A stretch of DNA of 63,849 nt, counting the filler, from Rhabdomonas costata (lineage: Eukaryota): assembly GCA_019059605.1 (NCBI GenBank). It is 45 parts of 45 records of this genome, joined end to end, with 100 filler letters (N's around TTAATTAATTAA, not from the genome) between each part and the next. Parts side by side here need not be neighbours in the genome. Positions count along the whole stretch, not along the records: positions 48,319 to 49,641 come from JAHMHO010019496.1; positions 49,742 to 51,062 come from JAHMHO010019497.1; positions 51,163 to 52,483 come from JAHMHO010019498.1; positions 52,584 to 53,904 come from JAHMHO010019499.1; positions 54,005 to 55,325 come from JAHMHO010019500.1; positions 55,426 to 56,744 come from JAHMHO010019501.1; positions 56,845 to 58,165 come from JAHMHO010019502.1; positions 58,266 to 59,586 come from JAHMHO010019503.1; 37 more parts are not named here. The stretch is one strand, 5' to 3'. The number at the start of each line of letters is the position of its first letter. Positions within the stretch are counted from its first letter, which is position 1. This document shows, piece by piece, positions 48,805 through 62,291 of this stretch. The notes under the pieces are model-generated. The model saw nothing but the letters and a program-made list of their open reading frames with translations. It was not told the DNA's origin and did no database searches. The position numbers were made by a program, and so were the translations under genes.

Positions 48805-51524
48805 CAAGACCCTCGAGCGAGACATGAAGAGAAAAGATGGGGAAGGAAAGTGGGGAAGGAAAGGCGCGAAAAGCTGCAAGCGAAAGGCAAAGGAAAAATG
48901 AGAGCAGCCAGCGCAGAGAGGAGAAGAGATAAAGCGCACACTGGATATAAGAAGAGAGGCGCTCAGATAGATGGAAAAGGCTTGAGGCAAGACAATGGGT
49001 AAAAAGAAGGCCAAGCTAAAGGAGATAAAGACTTACGAGGATAAAGAAAATCCTCGAGTTTTTGCCCAGCGAGGATCGGCGAGGTCAAGATCCTGCAGAA
49101 TTGGATGAATTTGACAACGAGCGGGTGGTGGATTAAAAGAGGAACAAGTCGGTGTTCTTCAACGCAGATTAGAAAAAAGATCCCGATAAAGGTCTGGAAA
49201 CCGACGTCTGACGTCGGATGTTTTTGTGTTGAGTTTGATTTGGGTATACTTTGGTTTTCGTGGTGTTTTTGGGTTGTGATAAGAAAGCTGTTTACCTATT
49301 TTAAAGGTTGCAGCTAAAACGCTCAGCGAAGCAAGGCTAAAGCGATGTACAGGCGAGTCAGCGATAAAAAGGTTTAGAGCTGAACCTTCTCACTTTCCCC
49401 TGTGCTGTGCTCTGGTCTCTGGTGCCGTTCCCTTCTTGCTTGCCTTGTTTTTGGGTTGGAAGGGCGTAAGCGGACGGCTGGGTAGAGGCAAGACCTCCAG
49501 GACCCCACCTCCCAGCGGAACCCTCGAAAGAAAAGGCCTTTGAAACGAGCAGCCAGCAGAAGCCACAGCAAGAGAAGTCCAGCTAAACCACCCGCTTTGC
49601 CCAAGACCCCGGACCCACCTCAGATAAAGAACCCCACCCCCNNNNNNNNNNNNNNNNNNNNNNNNNNNNNNNNNNNNNNNNNNNNTTAATTAATTAANNN
49701 NNNNNNNNNNNNNNNNNNNNNNNNNNNNNNNNNNNNNNNNNAATCTGCGAGGTTCCACCCACCAAAACGAGGCCCACCGTCCCCAGGTGACCGCCTGTGT
49801 GTCCCGGTGTTGGGGGTACCAGTCACAGGAGCTTGCCAAACCCCTGCGTCCATACCTGAATCATTGTCACCCCTCTCCGAAAGTCCTTCTGAAGAAAAGC
49901 GATTCAGCGAATCTGTGATGACACATCCACCTAAAAAAAAGCAACGATTCTTCACGTGACCGCCTATCCTTAGCTTTTTGAACTTAAAACTTGCGTTCTC
50001 ACTTACCCGTTCCCAAAGCGTTTCGGGTGTCTCTCACAGCCGTTTTATATCTTCACATTCAAAATTTTGCATTTTGCATTTCTGCCGTGTTTAAGTTATG
50101 TGTGAAAGCGAAAGTTGTTTAAAAATGCAGCTCGTGGAAAACAACGAGTGGGTACCTAGCGGCCTAGCGGTGAGCACCAAAAATGGGAAAGCCGTTGCAC
50201 TCGCATACCTTGATGGTTGGAAACCGAGACACTGTCCTCCATCCTGTAATAGTTTGTATACGTGTACCTTAGATTACCCGTTTTCTGCAGCATCTCGTAC
50301 TCTGGTGAAGCTCATTATTTTGCTTTTTGATGAGTGCTGTGATCGACCCCTGATAATTAGAAAAATAGAACATGTTGCCTTGAAGGGGAAGGCTGAAGAA
50401 GCGTTCTTCTGTCATTTTTTTTTCCGGTACAGGCCTGCAGCGATGATGGCTTCTGGCGCGGTGCCTGTGTCACCGATGGGTGCTCCGCCTGCTGGCCTGG
50501 CCTTTGCGGTGCCCCCGGTGGCGGTGGCCTGCTCCTAGGTCGCTAGTTCTGGGCGGCAGTGAGAAAGGGAAGGATTCTTACACGTTCGCTTTCAGCTGTG
50601 GATGGGTGTCGGGTTCATGGGAAAGGGAGGAGGAGGCGGGGTGTTGTTTGATGTGGCCTTTGAAGCCGGGGGTGTATTTCTTTCTGAGGAAATATTGATG
50701 TCCTGTTGTGCCAGAAGAAAAAGAAGCGTGGACGCCGAGATCGTTAGTCTCGAGTCTGGCATGAGCAGAGCATCTGGTTCATAAGTGTGTCACCTGTGAT
50801 CTCTGTTGTTTGTGGTTTCTGTCTGGCGTCCTGTGAGAGAGAGGGATGTTCTGCTTCTCTGTGAGAGTTTTCATCCTCTTCGTGAGTTTCTCAACCTCGC
50901 GAAGGGATGGTCCCCACATCTCGTCCCCGGGACGTCCTCGTGCCCCCCAGTGCGAGTTCATGAGGTAACCGTAGCTGCGAGGTTACTGTCTCTGTTGGAG
51001 TGTCATTGAATTGTGTAGGTGACCCCTTGAGGAAGCTCCCTTTTGACGTCTGCCACACAAACNNNNNNNNNNNNNNNNNNNNNNNNNNNNNNNNNNNNNN
51101 NNNNNNTTAATTAATTAANNNNNNNNNNNNNNNNNNNNNNNNNNNNNNNNNNNNNNNNNNNNGGGGTGGGTTGTGATAATGGAAAAGCTTCCGCTTGAAG
51201 TTGGATGCCTTGACAAGCAATAAGATCTTTTTGTTGGCATGACTCTGTATAAGAATGCTGAAGTACGCGCATTTCTCGAACGTGGGTGGGGATCCTTTCT
51301 TGAGGTCCACAGAAGCTTATCCAAGAGGCGGACGGAAAGCAAAGCCCTCTCACTCATGCAAGAAGAAACTTCGAACGAGCAGGATGACAAAAAGCGTCTC
51401 GACGAAGATAGGGCGAGTTTGGCTTTTGATAGAGGGGCTCGCCTGCCACACAGCAGCGGTTCCCATTCCAAAATTCTGGGCTGACTTGCTCCGGATACGA
51501 GTGCCTGCCCTCCCCTGAGCTGCT

Positions 51525-51814
51525 TCAGCTGAGCTTCACACACTGCTCGGTGCCAGGGTAGGGGGGCAGCACCAGCCCATGCTTCGCGGCAAAAGCTGGG
51601 GCGATGAACCGCCCGCCCAGCCAATGGTGCCCTGCGAAGCTCCGTGCGCACTGCTTGGGCGCGGTCAGGCTGACCAGCATGGCGGGCCGCAGAGCCTTCC
51701 CGGAGGGGTCGCCTGCCTCTACGTCCCACCCCGAGGGCACGTCCACGGACACCACGGGCACCCCGCTGGCCTGCAGCGTGGCCAGGATGGAGTCGAACGG
51801 GGCCTTCACGGCGC
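51525..51814 (-). CDS. NAXE: NAD(P)H-hydrate epimerase (YjeF N-terminal domain), last exon
   Basis: PVVSVDVPSGWDVE, MLVSLTAPK and HWLGGRF..LPPYPGTEQCV. tttgcag acceptor and TGA stop. Confidence 0.92.
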
Positions 51815-52832
51815 CTGCAAAGTGGATCAACGCGGGCAGGGAGAGAGAACCGGTCGTCCGAACTGAAATAAAATAAATAAAACAGTGCACCTACATTTGT
51901 GAGTGAGTGCGCGAGTATGTACACATGTGTGTGTGCGTCATCGGGAACACAGCGCCGCGCAGTATTTAAAGAACAACTTTTCTCTCTCTCTCTCTCTCTC
52001 ACTATATAGGGATGGCAGAATAACCAAACAAGGGCACGGAACATTCTCTGACGTCTCTTTTCCTCACAAGTGGCGGAGGTGCACTCTGCACTCTTCAATA
52101 CGTCTTGATTGAAGATATTTCTTTCAGGGTTGACTTAACGATATTGAACCAACTTTGCTCATCCAGAAGCACCTGAAATACCTACCACCCATATGGGTTC
52201 TCATATGTTGGGTTGCGGAACGCTCCAACGCCCTCAACAGCCTGCTCTAAAGCGTACACACCTGTCAAAGGCATGACAAAGCCTGGAGGCAACGGGAGGA
52301 TGACGAGGTCCCGGCCACAGAGGAAAAGTTAGACCCCGTGGGGTGGGGAAGATGGAAAATCAACAAATCCGCCAAGGCCAACGAAATACTTCCTCGGCGT
52401 TACGGCGTTACACCCACCCATCCATCCACACACACGCAAGAGCAGTGAACGGAACACGGAACGGAGAGGGCGGGGAGCACGAANNNNNNNNNNNNNNNNN
52501 NNNNNNNNNNNNNNNNNNNNNNNNNNNTTAATTAATTAANNNNNNNNNNNNNNNNNNNNNNNNNNNNNNNNNNNNNNNNNNNNTGTGTTTGTGGGCACCC
52601 CGTGTCCTGAGCTTTTGACTTAGCTGAACTGCTGCCGCGGTTATTATTCACAGTGTGAAAAATAAGAAAGAAAAGCGGGAATTGCCCTGTTTTTCTCTCT
52701 CCCTGTCTCTCTCTCTCTCTTGGTCGCTGTGGGTTTTGTATCGTTGTTGTCTTTGTTCACAAGCTGTCTCTGCGAAAGCTCCGAGCTGGTGAACTCTGGT
52801 ACTTTTTACGTGAGGGGGGTTCCCACACACAG

Positions 52833-53877
52833 GTCTGGGGTTGTGGGGCTACTTCCGGATCCCCTTCAACATCTTCGACTTCATCATTGTGATCTTTGGT
52901 ATCGTGGATTGGGCCGTGTCCAACTTGGGCGTGGGATTCATCCGGATTCTTCGGCTAGGGTACGCAGCCCTGCATATGCCCTGCCCGTGTAACTTGTGAA
53001 CTCTCTGTTGTGGGTTTGCTCTTAACAGACATGTGGGGGTGGATTCTCAAGTTATTGTTGATGTCCGCTCAAGTGGCAGGCGCTGTTATCCTTTCTCAGT
53101 AGGACCTGTTGGTAAACAAACGATTCCTGCAGTCCGATTCCTGCCGGTAACTCAGGATTTGATGGGCGGAAGGGGGTGATCTCACTCTGTTTCGTCCATA
53201 CGCTCTTTTTTGTTGCTTTCATCTGCTTGCGGGTGTGTGGAAATGTGAAGCTTATGATTTTGGAAAAAGCTGAGTAGCCGTCTCGTTGTTCGTCCCTGTG
53301 CTCTGGCATTTTATTCTGACCTTCCGCACCAACGTTGACCGCGAGTGCACGAACAACCCATCCGCGCGCTCAGTCAGAGTGAGAGAGAGAAGGTTGAGCG
53401 GGCATAAGCTTGAAAGGAATTGCTCGTCCAAGACCTGCGGAGTAGAAGGGAGGTTAATGCATATGGAAACATCGTCGGGTGAGCCGGGCGCTCGGTTCCC
53501 TCCGAAGGTCTCCAGCACCGAGCACCTGTGGCTACCAGCGCGTGCGCCCGTCAACCCATATCGGTCGCCAACAGCCAGCCAGGCAACAGCCAGTGCGTTA
53601 AATTCACACAATTCATATCAATTCATACAATTCACACAATTCATATCAGGTACAGTGGTATCGGTGTAGCATGTGCCCGACACCCTCACACGATCACGCA
53701 GGAGGCTTTTCCGGCTCATTCCACGGGCTCGGCTGCTAAACGGCCTCCTGATAGCCGTTTCAGCTTCGCTGCCTACCCTCCTGGCGGTGTTAGTGGTGCT
53801 GCTGTACTTCCTGTACTTCTTCGCTCTATTCGCGGTGTCCGTATACGGCAATGTGATGCAGCACAGCCTGCAGCCCG
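52833..53877 (+). CDS. Voltage-gated Ca2+/Na+ channel-type domain (S3-S4-S5), exons 52833-52959 and 53702-53877
   Basis: YFRIPFNIFDFIIV (S3), FIRILRLG|RLFRLI (S4 arginines) and SLPTLLAVLVVLLYFLYFFALFAVSVYG (S5). Phase-2 GT-AG intron. Confidence 0.88.
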
Positions 53878-55425
53878 GTACCCAGTCTATCCCGCACCCC
53901 CCCCNNNNNNNNNNNNNNNNNNNNNNNNNNNNNNNNNNNNNNNNNNNNTTAATTAATTAANNNNNNNNNNNNNNNNNNNNNNNNNNNNNNNNNNNNNNNN
54001 NNNNTGTGTGGTGGGGCAGGGGGTCCGGCGTGAGGTCGCAGGCTGAACGAGGAGGGGAAGATGGCGGCGGGCGCGGCAGCGGCAGCCAGTGCGCCTTGCA
54101 CGAGCACAGCCTGTCCTCATCTCCCAGGAAGGGCAAGTGCAGCAAGACACCACATTGTCTTCCCAACTCCACGGGGAGTACAACTGGGAGGCAGCGGAGG
54201 AGCAATCAAAAACTGTTGTTTTCTCGCAGCTGCATTCTTTTTGTTCGTCGACACAACCACAGCCCTCCCGACCGTCCCAGAAGAACATGCCACCTATAAA
54301 TAGTCCCTTCTGTTTTGGATTTTGCATAAATTCTGACGCTTCCCTCGCTAAAATCTCCCATTTCGTGTGACATACCTCATCTCCCCGGGAACCCTTTCCC
54401 AAAGAAAACCACCTCCTTTGAACAATACCGACGTGCCATGCCTTTTGTGTTTCTCTCATTATACACCTTGCTCCTGCAGCTTTGCGAGCACCGGTGTTCA
54501 ACAATTTTGGGGTGAAAGATCCGGAAACGTGGACCCCAAGTGCACAAAAACCGGCAGCGTTTGGGGAGCGCGCGCGCGCGCGTGTGTGCAGAAACTCCAA
54601 AAACCCTCAGGACAGTGAGGAGGCAAGATGGAAGGACAGAATCCGGACAGAAACACACTTCGCACAGTTAGCGTGATGATACACACTTTCATTGTTGTGT
54701 GAAATGGTGGTTGGTCGAAGTTGTGTACACATGGCCGCCCTGCTGCGAAATCACCCCCTAAAGAGGGGATTGAGATCCTATGAAAGCCGATTACACAAAA
54801 AAAATATCAATATCCGTCCAAACCCCGTTTTTTCTGGCTCAATAATGACGCTCACGTAAAGCAAGCGAGGTGCGTCTTTGGTGTTTGTTTTCACCGCTGT
54901 GGACACCCTGTGCAACACAGCGCTGCAAAAAAAGCGGCCTCTCACCGCAGATCTCATATATGCTTCAAAGGCGTCAGAAACCTTTCTGCCTATCCAACAC
55001 CCACAAGAATTAAGGGCGGATCCATTCAAATTGGTTTACCCACACACCACATTGGGAATGATAGAATATAGCACACGAAGCGTAACGGAATGCCCAATTT
55101 TCAAACCCTTTTACATCTGAGTAACGGCAAGATTCCAAAGAGCGTGTTCTAAATATAATAATTATATTTTATACTATATATTATACTATAATAATTATAT
55201 ATTATAAATACAAAAACAAGGGAACCTCGAATGGAAGAGCCTCCTCCTCCTCGTCTCGCAGGTTCAAAGCCATTGTTTTATCAGGCTATTCGGAAACCAC
55301 ACAGTACGTCGGAATCAAACCACCCNNNNNNNNNNNNNNNNNNNNNNNNNNNNNNNNNNNNNNNNNNNNTTAATTAATTAANNNNNNNNNNNNNNNNNNN
55401 NNNNNNNNNNNNNNNNNNNNNNNNN

Positions 55426-56380
55426 GGGGTTTTGGTGGCCGCGGAGCAGCGGAGGAGGGAGAGGGAGGCGCGAGAGTTGGAGGAGCTGCGGCGGAGCCAG
55501 GAGCTGGAGGCGATGCTGTCGAAGCCCCGAGAGATCCTCCAGCCCGACTATCAGGTGAGCGTGTGTGACGTGACTTGCATGCTTGTGGGAATGTGGATGT
55601 GTGTGTATCCGAGCACCAAAATGCACCTTACAGGAGTGTTTGGGTTATGTTTTTAGGTTTAGGATTTATTAGGTGAGGACGTGGTGGTGTGCGGTATTAT
55701 CACTAGCAGCGGTGATGTGATTAGAATTGGGAAGCACAGTTCGCACTGGAAGCTCCCTGGGACAGGTCATGGGTTCCACAGGTTGATTGCAGGGCCATGT
55801 TTTCCCTGAGAGAAAGAGAGAGAGAGAGGATCCAGCTCTCGTAACGGGAAAGCTATGTCTATGGTCTAAATCGTCATTTTAGTAATAATCAGTGGTATCA
55901 CTGTCATGATTAACACCGAATCTTGGAGGCTCTACACTTTGCCAGACGAGGATCTGCAGCCAGTGCCCAATCGTGCTTGATTATTCATATGTGTACATCA
56001 GTGGGAGCGCTCTTCACTGAAAACTTTGCAAGCTTGGCCTCTTGGCCTCCTGCCCCGAGAAGCAATACATCCCTTCAACCCAGCGCCAGTCTTTTCTTTG
56101 ACTTAGGGGCGCTTTCTTGGGTTTTTGTGATTCCCCAAACAGGCCCTGGCGGAGATGGAGGAGCTGCGTAAGCTGCGGTTCAAGTGGAAGTACCAGACCC
56201 AGATGATCTGGTCCGCGCAGAGAACCTACGAGCTGGTGCACCGCAACGACCCCAAACCCCTGTCCTCTCGAGACACGCCCTCTCGGGCCGGGGCCTCCAG
56301 GAAGGCCGCGGCTGACGACAAGGAGGCCAAGGAGAAGGAGGCCCTCCTGGCCCTGTTCGACCTTATGGTGGTACACCGCT
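55426..56380 (+). CDS. Two exons of uncharacterised coiled-coil protein (55426-55553, about 56143-56380)
   Basis: GC3-rich, CAG|GTGAGC donor, aaacag acceptor, phase-0 join. Confidence 0.65.
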
Positions 56381-57069
56381 GTGTGGGCGTGCGCCTACGC
56401 CTGCGTGATATGGTGTTTAGTAAAGTCTCGGTCGATTGAACTTTTAACAGTGGGGGCACATTGCACCTGTGCGCGCACTGTATGACACCCCGGTTGAGGG
56501 CCACTGCCTCTCCTGCACACTACTGTGACCTGACGGATAATGCGGTGCTCAGTCGCGTGGGGACCGGGATTTGTTTTTCCCATTTCCCAGTTGGACCTCT
56601 CTGCCTTGATAAGAAAGCGGGAAGGGCATCGTGAAAGGTCCTAAAGGGACCGAGGAACCCACCGAGCACGTTAGATAAGGTTGGGACAAAGCGTCATTTG
56701 GGCTGAGGGTGTGGGTCTTCAGACTTTTGTGCTACCCACAACCCNNNNNNNNNNNNNNNNNNNNNNNNNNNNNNNNNNNNNNNNNNNNTTAATTAATTAA
56801 NNNNNNNNNNNNNNNNNNNNNNNNNNNNNNNNNNNNNNNNNNNNGGTGGTGTGTACCTGTGCGACCTCGTTCACTGCGTGCAACATTTTTTCCCCCTGAC
56901 AAGACCATCTCTTGTTGTTTCCCTTGTTCTATTCGTGGGAAGACTGGGCGAGCGCTGAGGGAACAGTAGCACGAACCATCACCTTTAGGGAGTATGCGCA
57001 GCATACGACCGGCTATTCTTGTACTTGGGGGCCCCATGGACACGAGCGCAGTGAGAGTACATGGGGATA

Positions 57070-57570
57070 CAGGAACATGAGCGCAGCGAATGTGACGACC
57101 TTGTGAACAGGAGACATGAACGTAGCGTAGCGTAGTGAATGTCGAGTGTGAACCATCAACGTGATCAAAAGAAAGTGGAGGAACGAGGAACGCAGTGACG
57201 AGTGACGACCAGGATTAAGCAGTGAACATGAAACACGAACGTAGTGAGAGTTGAATGTGAACCGTGATCAACAGAAAGATGCAGAGGACGAACGAACGCA
57301 GTGAGTGAGGACGTCAGGAGCAAGGAACATGAGCGTAGCGAATGTGACGCAGCGACCAAGAGAAGGAGGGAACATGAGGACATTGAGGAGCGTAGCGACG
57401 ATAGGACGAATGTGACCGACAGAAAGAACAGAGGAACATGAGTACGAGCGTAGCGAGAACGAATGTTACGTCGGAGGAACATGAGTACGAGGAACGCAGT
57501 GACGAGAACGATTGTGACGACATGGAGGAACAGGAGCGACATTGCGCAGCAAGGAGCGAGTGTGACGACT
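57070..57570 (+). repeat. Degenerate tandem array of GGAACATGAGCGTAGCGAATGTGACG-like units
   Basis: The motif recurs with variation at about 57071, 57323, 57433 and 57475, interleaved with GAGGAACGCAGTGA. Confidence 0.75.
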
Positions 57571-59686
57571 GAATCGACACTGTCCCTGCGGGGCCCTCTC
57601 CCTACACACCCTACCACTATACCACTACACCCATCTGTGCGTTGAAGGGTAGGGCGTGGGAAGTGGAGGGTGAGTGGAGGGAGGGTTGACATTCCTACGC
57701 TTTGGGAGTGTAGGATCATCGTTGGGTCATGCCTTCGTGGCTTCCCTCCTCTCTCACTCTGGGCGTTTCTGTCACCGGGGGTTGGTGATCGCGTTAGACA
57801 TACGCATCATCCATCATCCTTACGTCAGAGTTGGCATTGCACCTTCCTCTCCTGCTGTAGCCGTAAGGTGACTCCCTCTTGCGGTGGGAATACGCCCTTG
57901 GTCATCACCAGCACCATTCCCTCTACGCATCTTGGGGCATGTGGTGGGTTTACGCCTCTCACCTTGACAGCATCGACATCAGCATGCAGCATCAGCCTTT
58001 GCATCAGGTGGGCATTTCACCATCACCATCATCCCTACGTTGAGGGTGGTCGCTGGTAACCGATGCGTGGATCTGACATTGAGGTTAGGGATTGGCGTAG
58101 CGTTACCCATCGACCATCGTCGTAGCCAGCATCAGGTCTCAAGCACACATCCACTCCATCAACCCNNNNNNNNNNNNNNNNNNNNNNNNNNNNNNNNNNN
58201 NNNNNNNNNTTAATTAATTAANNNNNNNNNNNNNNNNNNNNNNNNNNNNNNNNNNNNNNNNNNNNCATAGGTAAGTGGGGAATGTAGGGCACCGTGAATG
58301 GGATATTCCTAATTTATCAAATCCTAATTTAGTGATTCGGTAGTGTGAGTGATGGTCTGAGTGATGGTTGAGATGAGCTGATCAGGTGGGAAGGTAGGCG
58401 CTATTTGGGTAACGTTCAGTGCTGGGGTTGGTAGTGGGTGAAAGCGGTGGTGGCTCCTGGTTCATAGGTTAATTAAGTGCTCGTGGCAACTGCTCTGTCG
58501 GTTCAAAATCTTGTACAGGTGCAATAGCTGAGGCAAATGCGTTTTAACTGGTTGCCACTGATGAAACAGTCCGAGGCGCTCGAATCCAGAAGTGCGAGTA
58601 CGCTTTCCAAAGGTACGTGGTAGGAAAAGCAATGGTTTTGGCGCTGGTGGATCGTGTGGGTCAATTTCAACATCTGCCAGATCTACTCGTTCGTGAAGCA
58701 CCGTGAAAAGAATGGCACAGAAGGGTGGTTTTGGGGTAGGTTCATGGGTTGGGAGGAAGTTTTCCCACCCTCTACCCTCAGTGTTCCCTTCACTATTCTC
58801 ACTCTTGGATACAGGAAACGAAGACAAGACGCCCACCGGAGGGACCGACTGCATCTCGCAACTCGGTGTCTTGGAGAGTGAGCCGCTGGCTCCGCTTTGT
58901 GTGTCAACAGATGACTCAAAAGCCCACAAAGTACTGCCCACTTTCGCTTGTCGCAAATCACAAAACAGCGAGATTGGGTTGCCATACGGGGGCTCTGCCT
59001 GTAATTCACGCGGCAGAGACTCCGGCTGGCATTCAGGAGGTGGTCCCACAGCTACGCAACGCACTTTAGTCGGGGGGCTGATGAGGGTATCAACGTCGCT
59101 TCTCGAAAACGCCGGTATTTGGAAGGAGAGTGATGTCTGAGATGAAACTTCCGACTTCCCTGGCGTACCGCACGTTGATGAAAGTGCTTGTCGGTTCCCA
59201 TCACATTTTCCCTCTGTTTTCGGCGTGTACTCCGTCAGACTCACACCTGGTGATTCCTCTAACGACTCCACCCAACTAACTGGACTACTGTACAATGCGC
59301 AACGCACGCAAGGAAGCAGGCAGCTGGAGTTGAAGGCGACTCATCGTTAGACGATGACAGTAGGTGTGCTTCTGACGACTCGTTCAACACTGAAACATCT
59401 CCGGTACTGGTACTGGTACTGATACGGTACTCTTGTGACTCTCCTCTGTTCATACAACTACACGCTCCGGGATAATAGGTGGCGTGGGGCTCGCACACTC
59501 CTTGTGAGACAGGCGCCCATCTCATCTCCCGCCCCCGTTTAACCTCTAAAAACTCGGCCTCCTACCATCCCCACCTTACCCAACCCNNNNNNNNNNNNNN
59601 NNNNNNNNNNNNNNNNNNNNNNNNNNNNNNTTAATTAATTAANNNNNNNNNNNNNNNNNNNNNNNNNNNNNNNNNNNNNNNNNNNN

Positions 59687-60789
<1,103 letters not shown>

Positions 60790-61107
60790 GTTAGGTCGCC
60801 CACCTTCCTCCACTCTCCTTCCCTCACGCTATATAGCTCGTGCCCGAGCGATTTTGCGCTAGTGGATTGCTTGTCTGAACACTAGTGAAGGGGTGCTGGT
60901 GCAATGTGAGTGATGTTAGTATGCTTTGCGGCATGACTGGCAGCGCAGTGAAGTTACGCTTCAGTGAGTTGCTTAAAGCAAATGCAGCAAAATACAGGCA
61001 ACACACCNNNNNNNNNNNNNNNNNNNNNNNNNNNNNNNNNNNNNNNNNNNNTTAATTAATTAANNNNNNNNNNNNNNNNNNNNNNNNNNNNNNNNNNNNN
61101 NNNNNNN

Positions 61108-62291
61108 TGTTGGGGGTAAACCCTCTAGGAGTTCCTCGAGAGTGCCTTTTGCTGGCCGAGGTCGGCTTTCCGGCGGAACTCCGTGTGCTCTCGGAGGGCG
61201 ATCCCCTTCCGAAGCCCAGCAGCGATGTGACAGTTGTGGCGTACGAGCTCGCGACCTCTCCGCCCTTCCTCGAGGGTTCGTGTGTGTGTGGACATGAGCG
61301 AGTTTGCCTGCACCACGCGTGATGGGCAACAGCAGTGAGATGCCTTACAGTGTCACTGTTCCTTTTCCTCCTTGCTAGCTTTTCGCAGCAGTTTTTTGCA
61401 CCGCAGATACCAAACATTTGTTTCCCCTCTTGAACTGGTTGTCTCGACAAGTTGACTGTGTCTGTGTGAGCGTCTCCCTGATCAACTCCGCGAAAGGATG
61501 TCAATCCATCCACACAATTCAGTGTGTATGTGGGTGGGTGGGTGTGTTTTCCATTGAGGTTTCCCAAGAACCTCGGCCCAGCAGCAGAGGGGTGATTCGC
61601 ATCTCCGAGAAGCGCCTAGGCAGAGAGGGAGGAGTTCTTTTTTCTCGCCTCGCGTGCACGCTTGAGTGAGGCGAAAGAACAACCACCACAGAAAAACAAT
61701 TTCAATCCCGCCGGAGGCAGAAAAGGCCTACACCAACGCCGCGACTTGTGCACGTAGTGTGTGTCCGTGTGTGTGTGTGTGTGAAGCCGAGCTCGCGCAG
61801 CGTTTTGTGGTCTTTTAGCGCAATGCATTTTCCATCTTCCACCCCTCGTGCATTTCCCATCCCTCGCCTCATCATCACCGCACATGTGCGTGTTTTGACC
61901 CGCTAGAAGCCGATGCATCTGAGTGGGGTGGTGCCGCACCTGATCCGTTGCCCGTTTTCTTGAACCATTGACGATCAGAAAGCGAAAAGCAACATGCCTC
62001 CACTGCGCGCACACGTTGCCCTTCAGGCCTCTGCTTGCTGGCCTTTCCGTTTCGGCGTGACCCTATGGCGGCACCCCCGGGCGGTTGCCCGGGCAGCTGC
62101 GTCCCGCGCTGGGTTCGTTTTGCAGTGCCCCGACTGCTGCCAGCCTCCGCCTTCATGAAAGACGAGACCCGTGGGGGCGGTGGCCGGGGCTCCGTGGTGC
62201 TCGCGAGGTGTTCCTCTGGGGGTGTGCTGGACGGGGAGCCTGTGGCCATTTCCTGGAAGGAACTTGAGGAAGCCTTGCAGACTCTTCCCAG
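61108..62291 (+). CDS. Two probable exons of uncharacterised protein (about 61108-61274, 62027-62291)
   Basis: GC-rich open frames with a cccttcag acceptor. Boundaries uncertain. Confidence 0.4.

Noticed and set aside
50151-50180. tRNA/SINE head (ggcctagcggtgagcacc, A-box-like)
   Set aside because: No B-box or cloverleaf downstream.
57070-57570. CRISPR-like array
   Set aside because: The units are degenerate and irregularly spaced, with no unique spacers and no cas genes.
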